Shown here: positions 37,106 through 45,843 of the stretch, piece by piece
Position numbering within the stretch: position 1 is the stretch's first letter
Layout of the letters: each line of letters opens with the position of its first letter
Assembly (NCBI GenBank): GCA_042217555.1
Contig: JBDGSL010000002.1
Location: 64,001-128,000 of the forward strand
DNA length: 64,000 nt
DNA from: Candidatus Nanohalobium sp.
GTDB lineage: Archaea > Nanohalarchaeota > Nanosalinia > Nanosalinales > Nanosalinaceae
Direction of reading: 5' to 3'
The notes under the pieces: generated by a model
Database searches by the model: none
What the model saw: the letters and a program-made list of their open reading frames with translations, nothing else
What the model was told of the DNA's origin: nothing
Program-made: the position numbers and the translations under genes

Positions 37106-37614
37106 CAGAGAACCCTATGAAGGAGATCAAGGTGGCAAAGGTAACAGTGAATATCAGTGAGGAAAACGTAGGAGATCAGGTTGAGGCAGCTTACGATCTG
37201 ATTGAAAAAATTACAGGTAAAGAGCCTGTCTGGGTAGAGTCAAAGGAAGGAGCGAAGACTTTTGGAAACCGACAGGGCTTGAACATCGGTGCAATGGTAA
37301 CACTTAGAGGAGAGGACGCAGTAGATTTCCTCGAAAAAGTTCGACCAGCTATCGAAGAACTTAACGCTTCAGCTTTCAGCGACGGAAACTTTGCCTTCGG
37401 AATCAGTGAATACATCGATGTTCCAGGAGTGGACTACGATGCAGACATCGGTATGAAAGGTTTCGAGGTGAACGTCGTACTGGAAAGACCTGGATACAGG
37501 GTGAAGAAACGGGATCATAAACCCTCCGAGATCGGAGGCAGTCATAAGGTCTCTAACGATGAAGCAATCGAGTTCGCGGAAAGCAAGCTTGGATTCGAGG
37601 TGAATAATCAATGA
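37102..37614 (+). CDS. rpl5: 50S ribosomal protein L5 (uL5)
   Basis: [20 protein letters not shown] and [12 protein letters not shown]. Confidence 0.96.
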   Translation: MTENPMKEIKVAKVTVNISEENVGDQVEAAYDLIEKITGKEPVWVESKEGAKTFGNRQGLNIGAMVTLRGEDAVDFLEKVRPAIEELNASAFSDGNFAFGISEYIDVPGVDYDADIGMKGFEVNVVLERPGYRVKKRDHKPSEIGGSHKVSNDEAIEFAESKLGFEVNNQ

Positions 37615-37835
37615 GTTATGAGAAGGTTTTAGACCAGATCAAGCACAAGGAGGGTAAGAGAAAGAAGTTTGAGAAGAATAACTCTCCTAAGGAAAGAGAC
37701 TACGGAAAATCCAAGAAAGAATGCAGAAGATGCGGTAGAACAGGTAGAGGAGTTATCAGCAAGTACGGACTTAACTACTGCCGTCAATGCTTCAGAGAAG
37801 TGGCCGAGGAGATCGGCTTCAAACAGCTTAAATAG
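37611..37835 (+). CDS. rps14: 30S ribosomal protein S14 (uS14, Zn-binding)
   Basis: CRRCG...[12 protein letters not shown]. Confidence 0.96.
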   Translation: MSYEKVLDQIKHKEGKRKKFEKNNSPKERDYGKSKKECRRCGRTGRGVISKYGLNYCRQCFREVAEEIGFKQLK

Positions 37836-37847
37836 GTGAGCCGAAAG

Positions 37848-37910
37848 ATGACAAGAGAATACGGAAACAAGTTTTCTAATCTAGAAAACGCCGGAGGCGA
37901 TTCCCAGTGA
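37848..37910 (+). CDS. Intergenic micro-ORF S14/S8, 20 aa MTREYGNKFSNLENAGGDSQ
   Basis: Own SD AGGTGA; GTGA overlap with the S8 start. Confidence 0.6.
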   Translation: MTREYGNKFSNLENAGGDSQ

Positions 37911-38296
37911 AACATGATACACTTAGCGATGCACTGAGCGCGATTAACAACGCGGCCAGGAACAACAAGGATTACGCAGTGGTCTCTCCAACCAGCAGCC
38001 TGCTGAAGAACGTACTGATCGAACTGCAGCAGAACGGTTACATAGGAGTATTTGAACTCGTAGAGGACGGAAAGGGAGGTAAGTTCAAGATAGAGGTAAC
38101 GGACGACATCAATGAATGCAGGCCTGTCAAACCTAACTTTTCAGTGCAGAACGACGAGTTCGACAAGTGGGCCAAGAGATACCTGCCTGCACAGGGATTC
38201 GGCGATCTATTGGTCACGACCTCACACGGAGTAATGACGCATGAAGAAGCCCGTGAGGAAAACCTGGGAGGAAAACTGCTTGGATACGTCTACTAA
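37907..38296 (+). CDS. rps8: 30S ribosomal protein S8 (uS8)
   Basis: DTLSDAL, TTSHGVMTHEEA and GGKLLGYVY. Confidence 0.96.
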   Translation: MKHDTLSDALSAINNAARNNKDYAVVSPTSSLLKNVLIELQQNGYIGVFELVEDGKGGKFKIEVTDDINECRPVKPNFSVQNDEFDKWAKRYLPAQGFGDLLVTTSHGVMTHEEAREENLGGKLLGYVY

Positions 38297-38308
38297 GAGG
38301 TAGAAAAA

Positions 38309-38839
38309 ATGTCAGAAGAAACAACAATCGAGATTCCGGAGGACTTCGACGCAGAATACGAAGAAGGAGTCTTCACTCTTTCAAACGGCGAAGAAGTCAG
38401 TAAGAAGATGGAACACGCACTGGTAGACGTAGAGATCAACGGTCAGGAAGTAACTTTCAGCACTTCCAGCAGTAAGAAAGATGTTCAGAGCATCGTCCAT
38501 ACTTTCAAGAGCCATGTAGAAAACATGATTGAAGGACTGGAAGACGAGCATGTCTACCGGATGAAGGGTGTTTACGCACACTTCCCTATGACTATCAAAC
38601 AGCAAGGTGGCCAGGTAGTGATCGAGAACTTCATGGGTGAAAGAAACCCTAGGAAGGTAGACATTATGGACGGAGTAACTGTAGAGGTAGATGGCGAGGA
38701 CCTGACACTGAAGGGAGCGGACAAGGACGCCGTAAGCCAGACAGCAGCAAGGATCGAACAGGAATGCAAGAAAGGAAACCGTGATCCAAGAACCTTCCAG
38801 GACGGAGTATACATCACACAGAAAGGTGATAGTCAATGA
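38309..38839 (+). CDS. rpl6: 50S ribosomal protein L6 (uL6)
   Basis: VYAHFPM, ENFMGE and RDPRTFQDGVYI. Confidence 0.96.
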   Translation: MSEETTIEIPEDFDAEYEEGVFTLSNGEEVSKKMEHALVDVEINGQEVTFSTSSSKKDVQSIVHTFKSHVENMIEGLEDEHVYRMKGVYAHFPMTIKQQGGQVVIENFMGERNPRKVDIMDGVTVEVDGEDLTLKGADKDAVSQTAARIEQECKKGNRDPRTFQDGVYITQKGDSQ

Positions 38840-38937
38840 GGCAGACCAAAGGTTTGCTTGATACAGAAAACAAAGACTCAACCGGTTTTTCCGGGAGAAG
38901 ATTCAGAGAAGCTTCGAATCAGGTGATTTTCAAATGA
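38836..38937 (+). CDS. Intergenic micro-ORF L6/L32e, 33 aa MRQTKGLLDTENKDSTGFSGRRFREASNQVIFK
   Basis: ATGA overlaps at both ends; own SD AGGTGAT. Confidence 0.65.
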   Translation: MRQTKGLLDTENKDSTGFSGRRFREASNQVIFK

Positions 38938-39269
38938 GTTTTGAGAGACAGGACAAGCACAAGAACAACAAACTGAAAGATAAATCCTGGAGAAGCCCCG
39001 ACGGAGGGCATTCCAAGGTAAGACTTGAGAAAAACGGAGCTGCACCCAAACCCAAGATAGGTTACAGGGCTCCCAGCGAGATAAGAGGAAGACATCCCTC
39101 AGGATACGAAGAAGTACTGGTACACAACACCGGCGACCTGGAAGAGATAGAGGAAGGAGAAGCAGCAAGAATAGCGTCCAAGGTCGGTGGAAGAAAAAGA
39201 GAACAGATAATAGAAAAAGCAGACGAAGAAGACATCAAAGTCCTCAACAGAGGTGAACAGTCAGAATGA
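38934..39269 (+). CDS. rpl32e: 50S ribosomal protein L32e (eL32)
   Basis: FERQ, WRSPDGGHSK and RGRHPSGYEEVLVHN. Confidence 0.95.
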   Translation: MSFERQDKHKNNKLKDKSWRSPDGGHSKVRLEKNGAAPKPKIGYRAPSEIRGRHPSGYEEVLVHNTGDLEEIEEGEAARIASKVGGRKREQIIEKADEEDIKVLNRGEQSE

Positions 39270-39334
39270 TTGATTCTGACTTTGCAGAAGATTCTCTAAA
39301 GAATCTTCGAACCGAGGTGTTTTCGAATGACTGA
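39266..39334 (+). CDS. Intergenic micro-ORF L32e/L19e, 22 aa MIDSDFAEDSLKNLRTEVFSND
   Basis: ATGA overlap upstream; 8-nt ATGACTGA overlap with the L19e start. Confidence 0.55.
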   Translation: MIDSDFAEDSLKNLRTEVFSND

Positions 39335-39770
39335 TCTAAAGTCACAGAAGAGAATGGCCGCAGAAGTAATGGACGTAGGAAAGGATCGTGTCTGGATCAA
39401 CCCTGATGAACAGGAAAAAGTAGAAGAAGCAATCACCAGGAAAGATATCAGGAACCTTGTAGAAGGAGGTACCATCCAGAAAAAAGACGAGGAAGGAAAC
39501 AGCAAAGGTAGAAGCAGAGAGAAAAAGAAACAGAAAAAGAAAGGACGGAGAAAAGGACAGGGAAGCCGGAAAGGAAAGAAATCGGCCAGAAAAGACGATA
39601 AACAGAAGTGGATGGAAAAAATCAGATCCATCAGGGAAAGACTGAAAGAAATGAAGGAAAACGAGGAAATCACCTCTGAACAGTACAGAGAACTCTACGA
39701 CATGAGCAAGGGAGGATTCTTCAGAGACACAAAACACCTAGAAAACCATGTAGAGAACAAACTGGAGTGA
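39327..39770 (+). CDS. rpl19e: 50S ribosomal protein L19e (eL19)
   Basis: LKSQKRMAA, VGKDRVWINP and GSRKGKKSAR. Confidence 0.96.
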   Translation: MTDLKSQKRMAAEVMDVGKDRVWINPDEQEKVEEAITRKDIRNLVEGGTIQKKDEEGNSKGRSREKKKQKKKGRRKGQGSRKGKKSARKDDKQKWMEKIRSIRERLKEMKENEEITSEQYRELYDMSKGGFFRDTKHLENHVENKLE

Positions 39771-39776
39771 ACAGAC

Positions 39777-39818
39777 ATGAAAATCAGAGACCTACAGAAC
39801 ACAGAAGGTGAACTTTGA
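39777..39818 (+). CDS. Intergenic micro-ORF L19e/L18, 13 aa MKIRDLQNTEGEL
   Basis: SD GGAGTGA; TGA ends 1 nt before the L18 ATG (39820). Confidence 0.5.
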   Translation: MKIRDLQNTEGEL

Positions 39819-39819
39819 T

Positions 39820-40329
39820 ATGGCAGAAGACTCAAACACTAAAGTCCCGCACAGAAGACGAAGAGAACAGAAAACAGACTACCAGCAGAGAAGAAAACTG
39901 GTGAAGTCAGGAAAACCAAGAGCAGTAGTAAGACTGAGCAACAAACACACGAGAACACACCTGGCACACTTCAACAGGGAAGGCGATGAGAACACAGCAC
40001 AGACACTCAGCAAAGAACTGGAAAACTACGGCTGGGAACACAACACAGGTAATCTTCCAGCAGCATACCTGACAGGTTTCCTGACCGGTATGAAAGCTGA
40101 AGAAGACGAAGCAGTACTTGATATAGGCCTTAGAGAAAAAAAGAATGGAGGAAGAGTATTTGCAGCAGTTAAAGGCATGAACGACGCAGGACTCAACGTT
40201 CCTGTAGGCGAAGAAGTAATCCCTGAAGAATCAAGGATCAAAGGAGAACACATTAAAGAAATGATCGACGAAGAAGTCCCGAAAAGCTTTGAAGAAGTCA
40301 AAGAAAACATTAAAGGTGATTTCGAATGA
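39820..40329 (+). CDS. rpl18: 50S ribosomal protein L18 (uL18)
   Basis: RRRREQKTDY and GNLPAAYLTG; ATG 39820 has SD AGGTGA. Confidence 0.96.
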   Translation: MAEDSNTKVPHRRRREQKTDYQQRRKLVKSGKPRAVVRLSNKHTRTHLAHFNREGDENTAQTLSKELENYGWEHNTGNLPAAYLTGFLTGMKAEEDEAVLDIGLREKKNGGRVFAAVKGMNDAGLNVPVGEEVIPEESRIKGEHIKEMIDEEVPKSFEEVKENIKGDFE

Positions 40330-40430
40330 TCGAAAATCAGAGATTTTCTGGACTCGAAACCGGAACGGTTTCTATGAGTACAGAATCCGTTGGATTCGAA
40401 CATGCAGAAATTCTAGGTGATTTCGAATGA
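40326..40430 (+). CDS. Intergenic micro-ORF L18/S5, 34 aa MIENQRFSGLETGTVSMSTESVGFEHAEILGDFE
   Basis: ATGA overlaps at both ends; flanked by the direct repeat AGGTGATTTCGAATGA. Confidence 0.65.
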   Translation: MIENQRFSGLETGTVSMSTESVGFEHAEILGDFE

Positions 40431-41092
40431 GCGAACAGGAAACAGAGGAGATTTGGAAGCCGAAGACAGAACTCGGTGAGATGGTAGCTAACGGACAGAT
40501 AACAGGAATCCGTGAAGCACTGAACTCCGACAAGAGGATAATGGAGCCGGAGATAGTTGATCAACTGGCAGATCTTCAGGAAGAAGTAGTACTGATCGGA
40601 GGAACACCTGGAAAGGGAGGGGGCAAGAGAAGAACAGTCTCCAAACGTACGGCTAGGATGCACAAGTCCGGAGCAAGATACAACAGTAAAGCGATGACAA
40701 TACTGGGTAACAAGAACGGTATCGTCGGGATCGGCATGGGAGAATCAGATGACACCCGTGCAGCGATCGACGACGCCAACAGGAGAGCAAAACTCAACCT
40801 GATAGAAGTGCCGCTTGGAAACGGAAGCTGGGAGGACCAGGGAGAAAACAACACTTCCATCCCTCTCGCAGTAGAAGGAAAGTCCGGAAGCGTAACCGTA
40901 GAAGTCAAGCCAGCGCCGAGAGGAACAGGTTTAGCTGCCAGTGACGAGGTAAAGAAGATACTTGAACTGGCTGGCATCCGGAACGCCTGGGTGCAGGCAC
41001 GTGGAACAACACGAACACGTGAAAACCTGATAAAGGCAACATTCAACGCACTGAAAAAAATCAAACAGTACCAGAGAAGTGATGACAGATGA
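40427..41092 (+). CDS. rps5: 30S ribosomal protein S5 (uS5)
   Basis: WKPKTELG, PAPRGTGL and LELAGI. Confidence 0.96.
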   Translation: MSEQETEEIWKPKTELGEMVANGQITGIREALNSDKRIMEPEIVDQLADLQEEVVLIGGTPGKGGGKRRTVSKRTARMHKSGARYNSKAMTILGNKNGIVGIGMGESDDTRAAIDDANRRAKLNLIEVPLGNGSWEDQGENNTSIPLAVEGKSGSVTVEVKPAPRGTGLAASDEVKKILELAGIRNAWVQARGTTRTRENLIKATFNALKKIKQYQRSDDR

Positions 41093-41424
41093 CACTACTA
41101 GTAGCAGTCAAGGTCAGGGGCAGCATCGACGCCTCCGAATCAATCAGCAGGACACTGCAGACACTGGGCCTGGAGAAGAAAAACCAGGCAAGAATCATGG
41201 AAGACAATGAGTCCAACAGAGGGATGCTGAGAAAGGCCAAGGACTACATCGCCTACGGAGAAGTAGACCAGGAAACCGTAGAGCAGCTTGAAGCAGAGAC
41301 AGGAGAAACAGTCACTCTATCACCTCCAAGTGGAGGATTCAAAAGCACGAAAAAACAGCGTCACCAGGGAGGAAGTCTCGGAAAAAGGGACGACATGGAA
41401 GAACTCCTTGGAAAGATGCTGTAA
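41089..41424 (+). CDS. rpl30: 50S ribosomal protein L30 (uL30)
   Basis: VAVKVRG, GMLRKAKDYIAYGE and LSPPSGGF. Confidence 0.94.
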   Translation: MTLLVAVKVRGSIDASESISRTLQTLGLEKKNQARIMEDNESNRGMLRKAKDYIAYGEVDQETVEQLEAETGETVTLSPPSGGFKSTKKQRHQGGSLGKRDDMEELLGKML

Positions 41425-41472
41425 CCGAAAATCGAGAGATTTTCTAAAAAATTCAACACACAGTGTTCAACA

Positions 41473-41526
41473 ATGCGAAATTCAAAGAATTTCTGTATTA
41501 CCAGAAGCACAGAGGTGCTTCGATAA
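41473..41526 (+). CDS. Intergenic micro-ORF L30/L15, 17 aa MRNSKNFCITRSTEVLR
   Basis: TAATG overlap with L15; ATG is 48 nt after the L30 stop but the same frame is open back to that stop. Confidence 0.45.
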   Translation: MRNSKNFCITRSTEVLR

Positions 41527-41951
41527 TGACAAAACGAAGATCAAAGAAGAACAAATCCGGAAGCCACGGATACGGAAGCTCCAAGAAGAACCGTGGAGCA
41601 GGAAGCCGCGGTGGAAGAGGAAACGCAGGTTCAGGTAAGAAAGGACAGTCCCAGAGAATGACAGAAGAAGGCGTCCAGGAGATGGGAGAAACAGGTTTCA
41701 ACTCCCGACAGCCAGATCAGGACGGCATCAACCTGCGAGACATCGACCAGAGAATAGAAGAATTTGTCGAAGCAGGAGTAGCTGAGGAAGAAGACGGAAG
41801 CTACGTTTTCCACGCTGAAGAAGCAGGCTACGACAAGGTTCTCGGCGGTGGAGAACTTAGGAAGGACATCAAGATCCATGCCGGGGAGTTCTCAGATACT
41901 GCAGAGGAAAAGATCGAGGAAAGTGAAGGCAAAGCCGTGAAGCAAGAATAA
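41526..41951 (+). CDS. rpl15: 50S ribosomal protein L15 (uL15)
   Basis: HGYGSSKKNRGAGSRGGRGNAG and GYDKVLGGG; SD GAGGTG before ATG 41526. Confidence 0.96.
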   Translation: MTKRRSKKNKSGSHGYGSSKKNRGAGSRGGRGNAGSGKKGQSQRMTEEGVQEMGETGFNSRQPDQDGINLRDIDQRIEEFVEAGVAEEEDGSYVFHAEEAGYDKVLGGGELRKDIKIHAGEFSDTAEEKIEESEGKAVKQE

Positions 41952-42003
41952 ATAAACAGTCTTTCCCAAAATATTTTTTACCAGCACAGAGGTAATCAAC
42001 CAG

Positions 42004-43392
42004 ATGTCAAAGATAGTTCAGGCAGCACAGTACCTTCCAAGCATCAAGGAACCTGAAAAAGAACAGTCACTTAAACAGATGTTGACCTGGACAGGTATAA
42101 CACTTCTACTGTACTTTACACTGGGATCAATCAACCTGTGGGCGCCAAGCTGGGCTAATGCATCGTTTACACAGGCTATAGGCCAGCTGGAGACATACCA
42201 GACCTTGCTTGGTGCACAGATAGGTTCTATAATAACACTGGGTATCGGCCCTATAGTTACGTCCTCCATAGTTCTCCAGATGGTGGTAGGATCTGAGATA
42301 CTTAACTGGAACACTAATACACAGGAAGGTAAACAGAAGTTCCAGTCAGCACAGAAAGTACTGGCATACGTACTCGCAGTAGTCGAAGGAATAGGATACG
42401 TCGCAGCAGGAACATTCGGAAACATAACACATCCTACAGTATTCGCGATAGTAGCAGGACAGATAGCACTTGGAGGAATCCTCATCATTCTAATGGACGA
42501 CCTGATCCAGAGCTGGGGATTCGGAAGTGGAACAGGGTTATTCATCTCCGCAGGAGTATCCCAGTCGATCTATGTTGCTACAGTCTCGCCTCTGGACGCT
42601 TCAGGAGCATTCGTAGGGATAGCTCAGGAAGCAGCAGGAGCAGTTCCAACGTTCCTCGCAACCTCCGAGATCAGCGCACTTGTACCGGTTTTCTCAACAC
42701 TGGCAGTTTTCGGAGTAGTAGTCTACCTTCAGGCCATGAGAGTTGAAGTACCGCTGACGTTTGGAAACGTAAGAGGATTCGGACAGAAATGGCCGCTGAA
42801 ATTCCTTTACACCTCTGTCACGCCTGTCATCCTGGTATCGGCACTGGTCACAAACTTCCAGATAGTAGGTACAAGCCTCGCCGGCCAGAACGGGTGCAGC
42901 GTACTTGGATGCGTAAGCCAGGGACAGGCATCTTCAGGGTTCATCGCATGGCTGCAGGCACCACAGGGAGTAGTCCAGTCCATGCTCAACGGCACACTGG
43001 GCTTGTTCGGAACAGGAAGCATCTTCCACATACTGTTCTACCTCGGGGTCTACATCGTAGGAAGCACGCTTTTCTCAATCTTCTGGATGAAGACCTCAGG
43101 TCAGGACGCAGACAGCGTCGCAGAACAGATACAGTCCACAGGTATGAAAGTCCCCGGCTTCAGAAAAGACAAGCGGGTTATCAAGAAAGTACTCAACCGT
43201 TACATACCCGGCCTAACAGTTCTATCAGGAGCCACCATAGGATCACTGGCAGCACTCGCCAACATGACAAACGCAGCAGGAGGAGGAACAGGAATCCTAC
43301 TGACAGTCATGATAATCTACAAGCTGTACGAAGAACTAGCCCAGAAACACATGGAAGAACTCCACCCAGCGATGAAAGACTTCTTCCAGTAG
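42004..43392 (+). CDS. secY: Preprotein translocase subunit SecY
   Basis: GSIITLGIGPIVTSSIVLQ, WGFGSGTGLFI, PLKFLYTS and GTGILLTV. Confidence 0.97.
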   Translation: MSKIVQAAQYLPSIKEPEKEQSLKQMLTWTGITLLLYFTLGSINLWAPSWANASFTQAIGQLETYQTLLGAQIGSIITLGIGPIVTSSIVLQMVVGSEILNWNTNTQEGKQKFQSAQKVLAYVLAVVEGIGYVAAGTFGNITHPTVFAIVAGQIALGGILIILMDDLIQSWGFGSGTGLFISAGVSQSIYVATVSPLDASGAFVGIAQEAAGAVPTFLATSEISALVPVFSTLAVFGVVVYLQAMRVEVPLTFGNVRGFGQKWPLKFLYTSVTPVILVSALVTNFQIVGTSLAGQNGCSVLGCVSQGQASSGFIAWLQAPQGVVQSMLNGTLGLFGTGSIFHILFYLGVYIVGSTLFSIFWMKTSGQDADSVAEQIQSTGMKVPGFRKDKRVIKKVLNRYIPGLTVLSGATIGSLAALANMTNAAGGGTGILLTVMIIYKLYEELAQKHMEELHPAMKDFFQ

Positions 43393-43395
43393 AGG

Positions 43396-44793
43396 TTAAT
43401 CCTCTAACTTCTCTTCTACTTCCTCTTCAGTCTTTTCGATCTCCTTCTCTCCTTTCCGAATCTCTTTCTCTATCTCTTCTTCCGTTCTTTCCACTTCCTC
43501 TTCTATAGGCTTCCTCTCGAAGTACAGGAACTCCACAGCTCCCAGGACAGCGAATACAAAAGCTACAACTATCAGAACATGGAGCTTGTCGACGTATAGA
43601 TGCCAGATCAGGAGTACAAAGCTCACCGCAGTTCCGACTAGCCCTAGACCTGTCAAAATGGAAACTCTGCGGCTTTCCGACTCCTTCAGGGCCAGGTAGT
43701 TCACCACCGAGAAGACTGCGATGAAGGATATCGAGGCAAAGGTTGTGATCTCCTCCAGGCTCCCGATAAAGGTGAACGCTGAGGTCAGAGCTCCGATGAT
43801 CAGTAGACTTCTTGTGGGAACACCTTCCCTGTTCCTGAAGGAGAATAGATCCGGAAGCTCGCCATCCGACGCCATCCGATGGCTAAAACGTGCGGTGCCG
43901 AAAAGAGTTGCGTTTATGGCGGATGAGGTGGAGAAGAGAGCGGCGGTCGAAATGAGGAACACGGAAACCTTTTCCACTGCAGGATTACCGAATATCTGGG
44001 AGGCTGCGAATGCGAGAACGGTTTCCTTGTGGTGGACTATCTGTTCCGGAGAGACAAGGCTGGTTGTAACAGCCGCAATCAGCACGTAGATCACGGTGGA
44101 AATCCCGACGGATGCGATCACCCCTTTCTTCAACGTTTCTATCCCGTTCTCCATCTCCGAGTACTCGTAGGTCAGGAGCTGGAAACCCTCGAAGGAGACA
44201 AAGACTGCACCGATACTGACTATCGGTGCCAGCACACCCTTGTTGAATAGGCCTCCTGAAAAGAAGCTTATCCCCGGTCTGGAGAGAAGGGTCCAGCTAC
44301 CGGCGGCGCTGAAAAGCAGGAGGATAGCGACCTTTACGTACACAAGCAGGTCTTCAGAACTTCCTGTCTCCTCAGCTCCAAGGAAGTTGATGCCTACGAA
44401 GACCGCTATCACAGCAACAGATAGAAAGCCCCTGAAAAATGAACTGGCAGAGAAACCTAGAAGTTCGGCTCCGAAAGCACCGAACGCATACGCATACATC
44501 GCCATCGTCCCGATGTAACCTACGAGAAGCACCCATCCGACCATGCCGGCTATGTTATTGTTTGAGACATAGTGCTCGAGGAACGTGAACGAACCGCCCT
44601 CTTCATGGACCTGGGCAGTTATCCGGTAGTACGCATAGGCCGAGATCAACGCGATGACACCTGCTAAAAAGTAGGTTAGAAAAGCTGCATTTCCGGATAG
44701 ACGGGCAGCGACACCTAGAACGGCGAATATCCCGCCGCCGATGATTCCGCCAACACCCATCGCAACTACTTCCTTCAGTCCGAGATCTGCCAC
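43396..44793 (-). CDS. APC-family amino acid permease
   Basis: GGIIGGGIFA, EGGSF and SFEGFQL; ~12 TM helices. Confidence 0.9.
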   Translation of the reverse strand: MADLGLKEVVAMGVGGIIGGGIFAVLGVAARLSGNAAFLTYFLAGVIALISAYAYYRITAQVHEEGGSFTFLEHYVSNNNIAGMVGWVLLVGYIGTMAMYAYAFGAFGAELLGFSASSFFRGFLSVAVIAVFVGINFLGAEETGSSEDLLVYVKVAILLLFSAAGSWTLLSRPGISFFSGGLFNKGVLAPIVSIGAVFVSFEGFQLLTYEYSEMENGIETLKKGVIASVGISTVIYVLIAAVTTSLVSPEQIVHHKETVLAFAASQIFGNPAVEKVSVFLISTAALFSTSSAINATLFGTARFSHRMASDGELPDLFSFRNREGVPTRSLLIIGALTSAFTFIGSLEEITTFASISFIAVFSVVNYLALKESESRRVSILTGLGLVGTAVSFVLLIWHLYVDKLHVLIVVAFVFAVLGAVEFLYFERKPIEEEVERTEEEIEKEIRKGEKEIEKTEEEVEEKLED

Positions 44794-44880
44794 AGGAAAA
44801 ACTACCCAAGTCTTGAATAAAAAATTTCTTCCAGAAAGCCTGCGTTAGTTTAAAAGAATACCAGCAACTTATTGATACGT

Positions 44881-45609
44881 ATGATCGCAGGTTTACTGAC
44901 AGCACTTTACAGTTTTTACAACGCAGTTTTCCAGCCCCTCCTCAGCATGGGGCCTTACCTCGCACTGGGGTTCTTCTCGGTATGCCTTGCAGCACTGTTC
45001 TCAGGGATCCGTTACTGGCTTCTAGACCATGAAAAAGCAGAACAGATACAGGACAAGATAGATGAACACCAGGAAAAGATGAAGGAAGCAAAGGAAAACG
45101 ACAAACACGAGAAAGCCTCCGAACACACCAAGGAACTGTTCAGACACAACCAGAAGTTCATGATGCTCAACATGAAACCCATGCTGGGAACCATGGTTTT
45201 CGTCTCACTGATCTTTCCCTGGCTCGGAGCAACTTTCGCACCGACAGTACAGCTACAGCAGACCAGTCCTGGCATGTACAAAGGCAACTTCACATACGCA
45301 CAGACAGACACTCCTATAACCGTAGACAACACAACGGAGAAAACCCGGCTGATCCTGGAAGATCAGAACATCACAGCAGGAGAATCAGCTAAAATAGGCA
45401 GCTTCAGATGGACCTTCAAAGGGATAAAAGATAAGACACCAGGACTGTTCAGCAACACAGAGGGAACAATCGCCAGCTTCAACGGGAAGTTCGTACAGCT
45501 ACCGTTCAGCATACCACTGGCAGGAGAAGCACTTAACTGGCTAGGATTCTACACCCTTATCGCCATGCCCCTCACATTCGCGTTAAACAAGGTGCTGGGA
45601 GTTCAGTAA
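44881..45609 (+). CDS. DUF106 / EMC3-TMCO1 (Oxa1 superfamily) membrane insertase-like protein
   Basis: TM, coiled coil, MKPMLGTM, then LNWLGFY; usual location near secY. Confidence 0.85.
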   Translation: MIAGLLTALYSFYNAVFQPLLSMGPYLALGFFSVCLAALFSGIRYWLLDHEKAEQIQDKIDEHQEKMKEAKENDKHEKASEHTKELFRHNQKFMMLNMKPMLGTMVFVSLIFPWLGATFAPTVQLQQTSPGMYKGNFTYAQTDTPITVDNTTEKTRLILEDQNITAGESAKIGSFRWTFKGIKDKTPGLFSNTEGTIASFNGKFVQLPFSIPLAGEALNWLGFYTLIAMPLTFALNKVLGVQ

Positions 45610-45843
45610 ACTTTCCAAAAACCCTTTTCCATCTCTATCTCACCTTCACCCAATGAGGATGAAATGTACTTCAAACTCAAGAAAACAAGAAAGGCTTGAT
45701 CACAGGCCCCTGCTCGATATAATCAACGGGAAAATATACTTCTCCAACATCTTCAACCAGGGAAAAACTCTCAGAGTACCACGGACTAGAACCCGACTTC
45801 AAGAACTGACAATCAGATAAAACTTCACCTCTGAACCTTGAAC

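Noticed and set aside
41463..41525. N-terminal extensions suggested by the ORF track for L15 (also L18 from 39808, CBS protein from 47076, pilin from 17225)
   Set aside because: Homology and, for L15 and L18, SD position point to the downstream ATGs; the extensions run through hairpin spacers or an opposite-strand gene.
27442..41526. Spacer hairpins as a CRISPR array or intrinsic terminators
   Set aside because: There is no constant repeat with unique regular spacers and no cas gene; the hairpins lack consistent U-tails and sit inside open, coupled frames.
45610..45840. Possible rpl34e or rpl14e between DUF106 and cbf5
   Set aside because: No frame resembles either protein; only stop-interrupted remnants are present.
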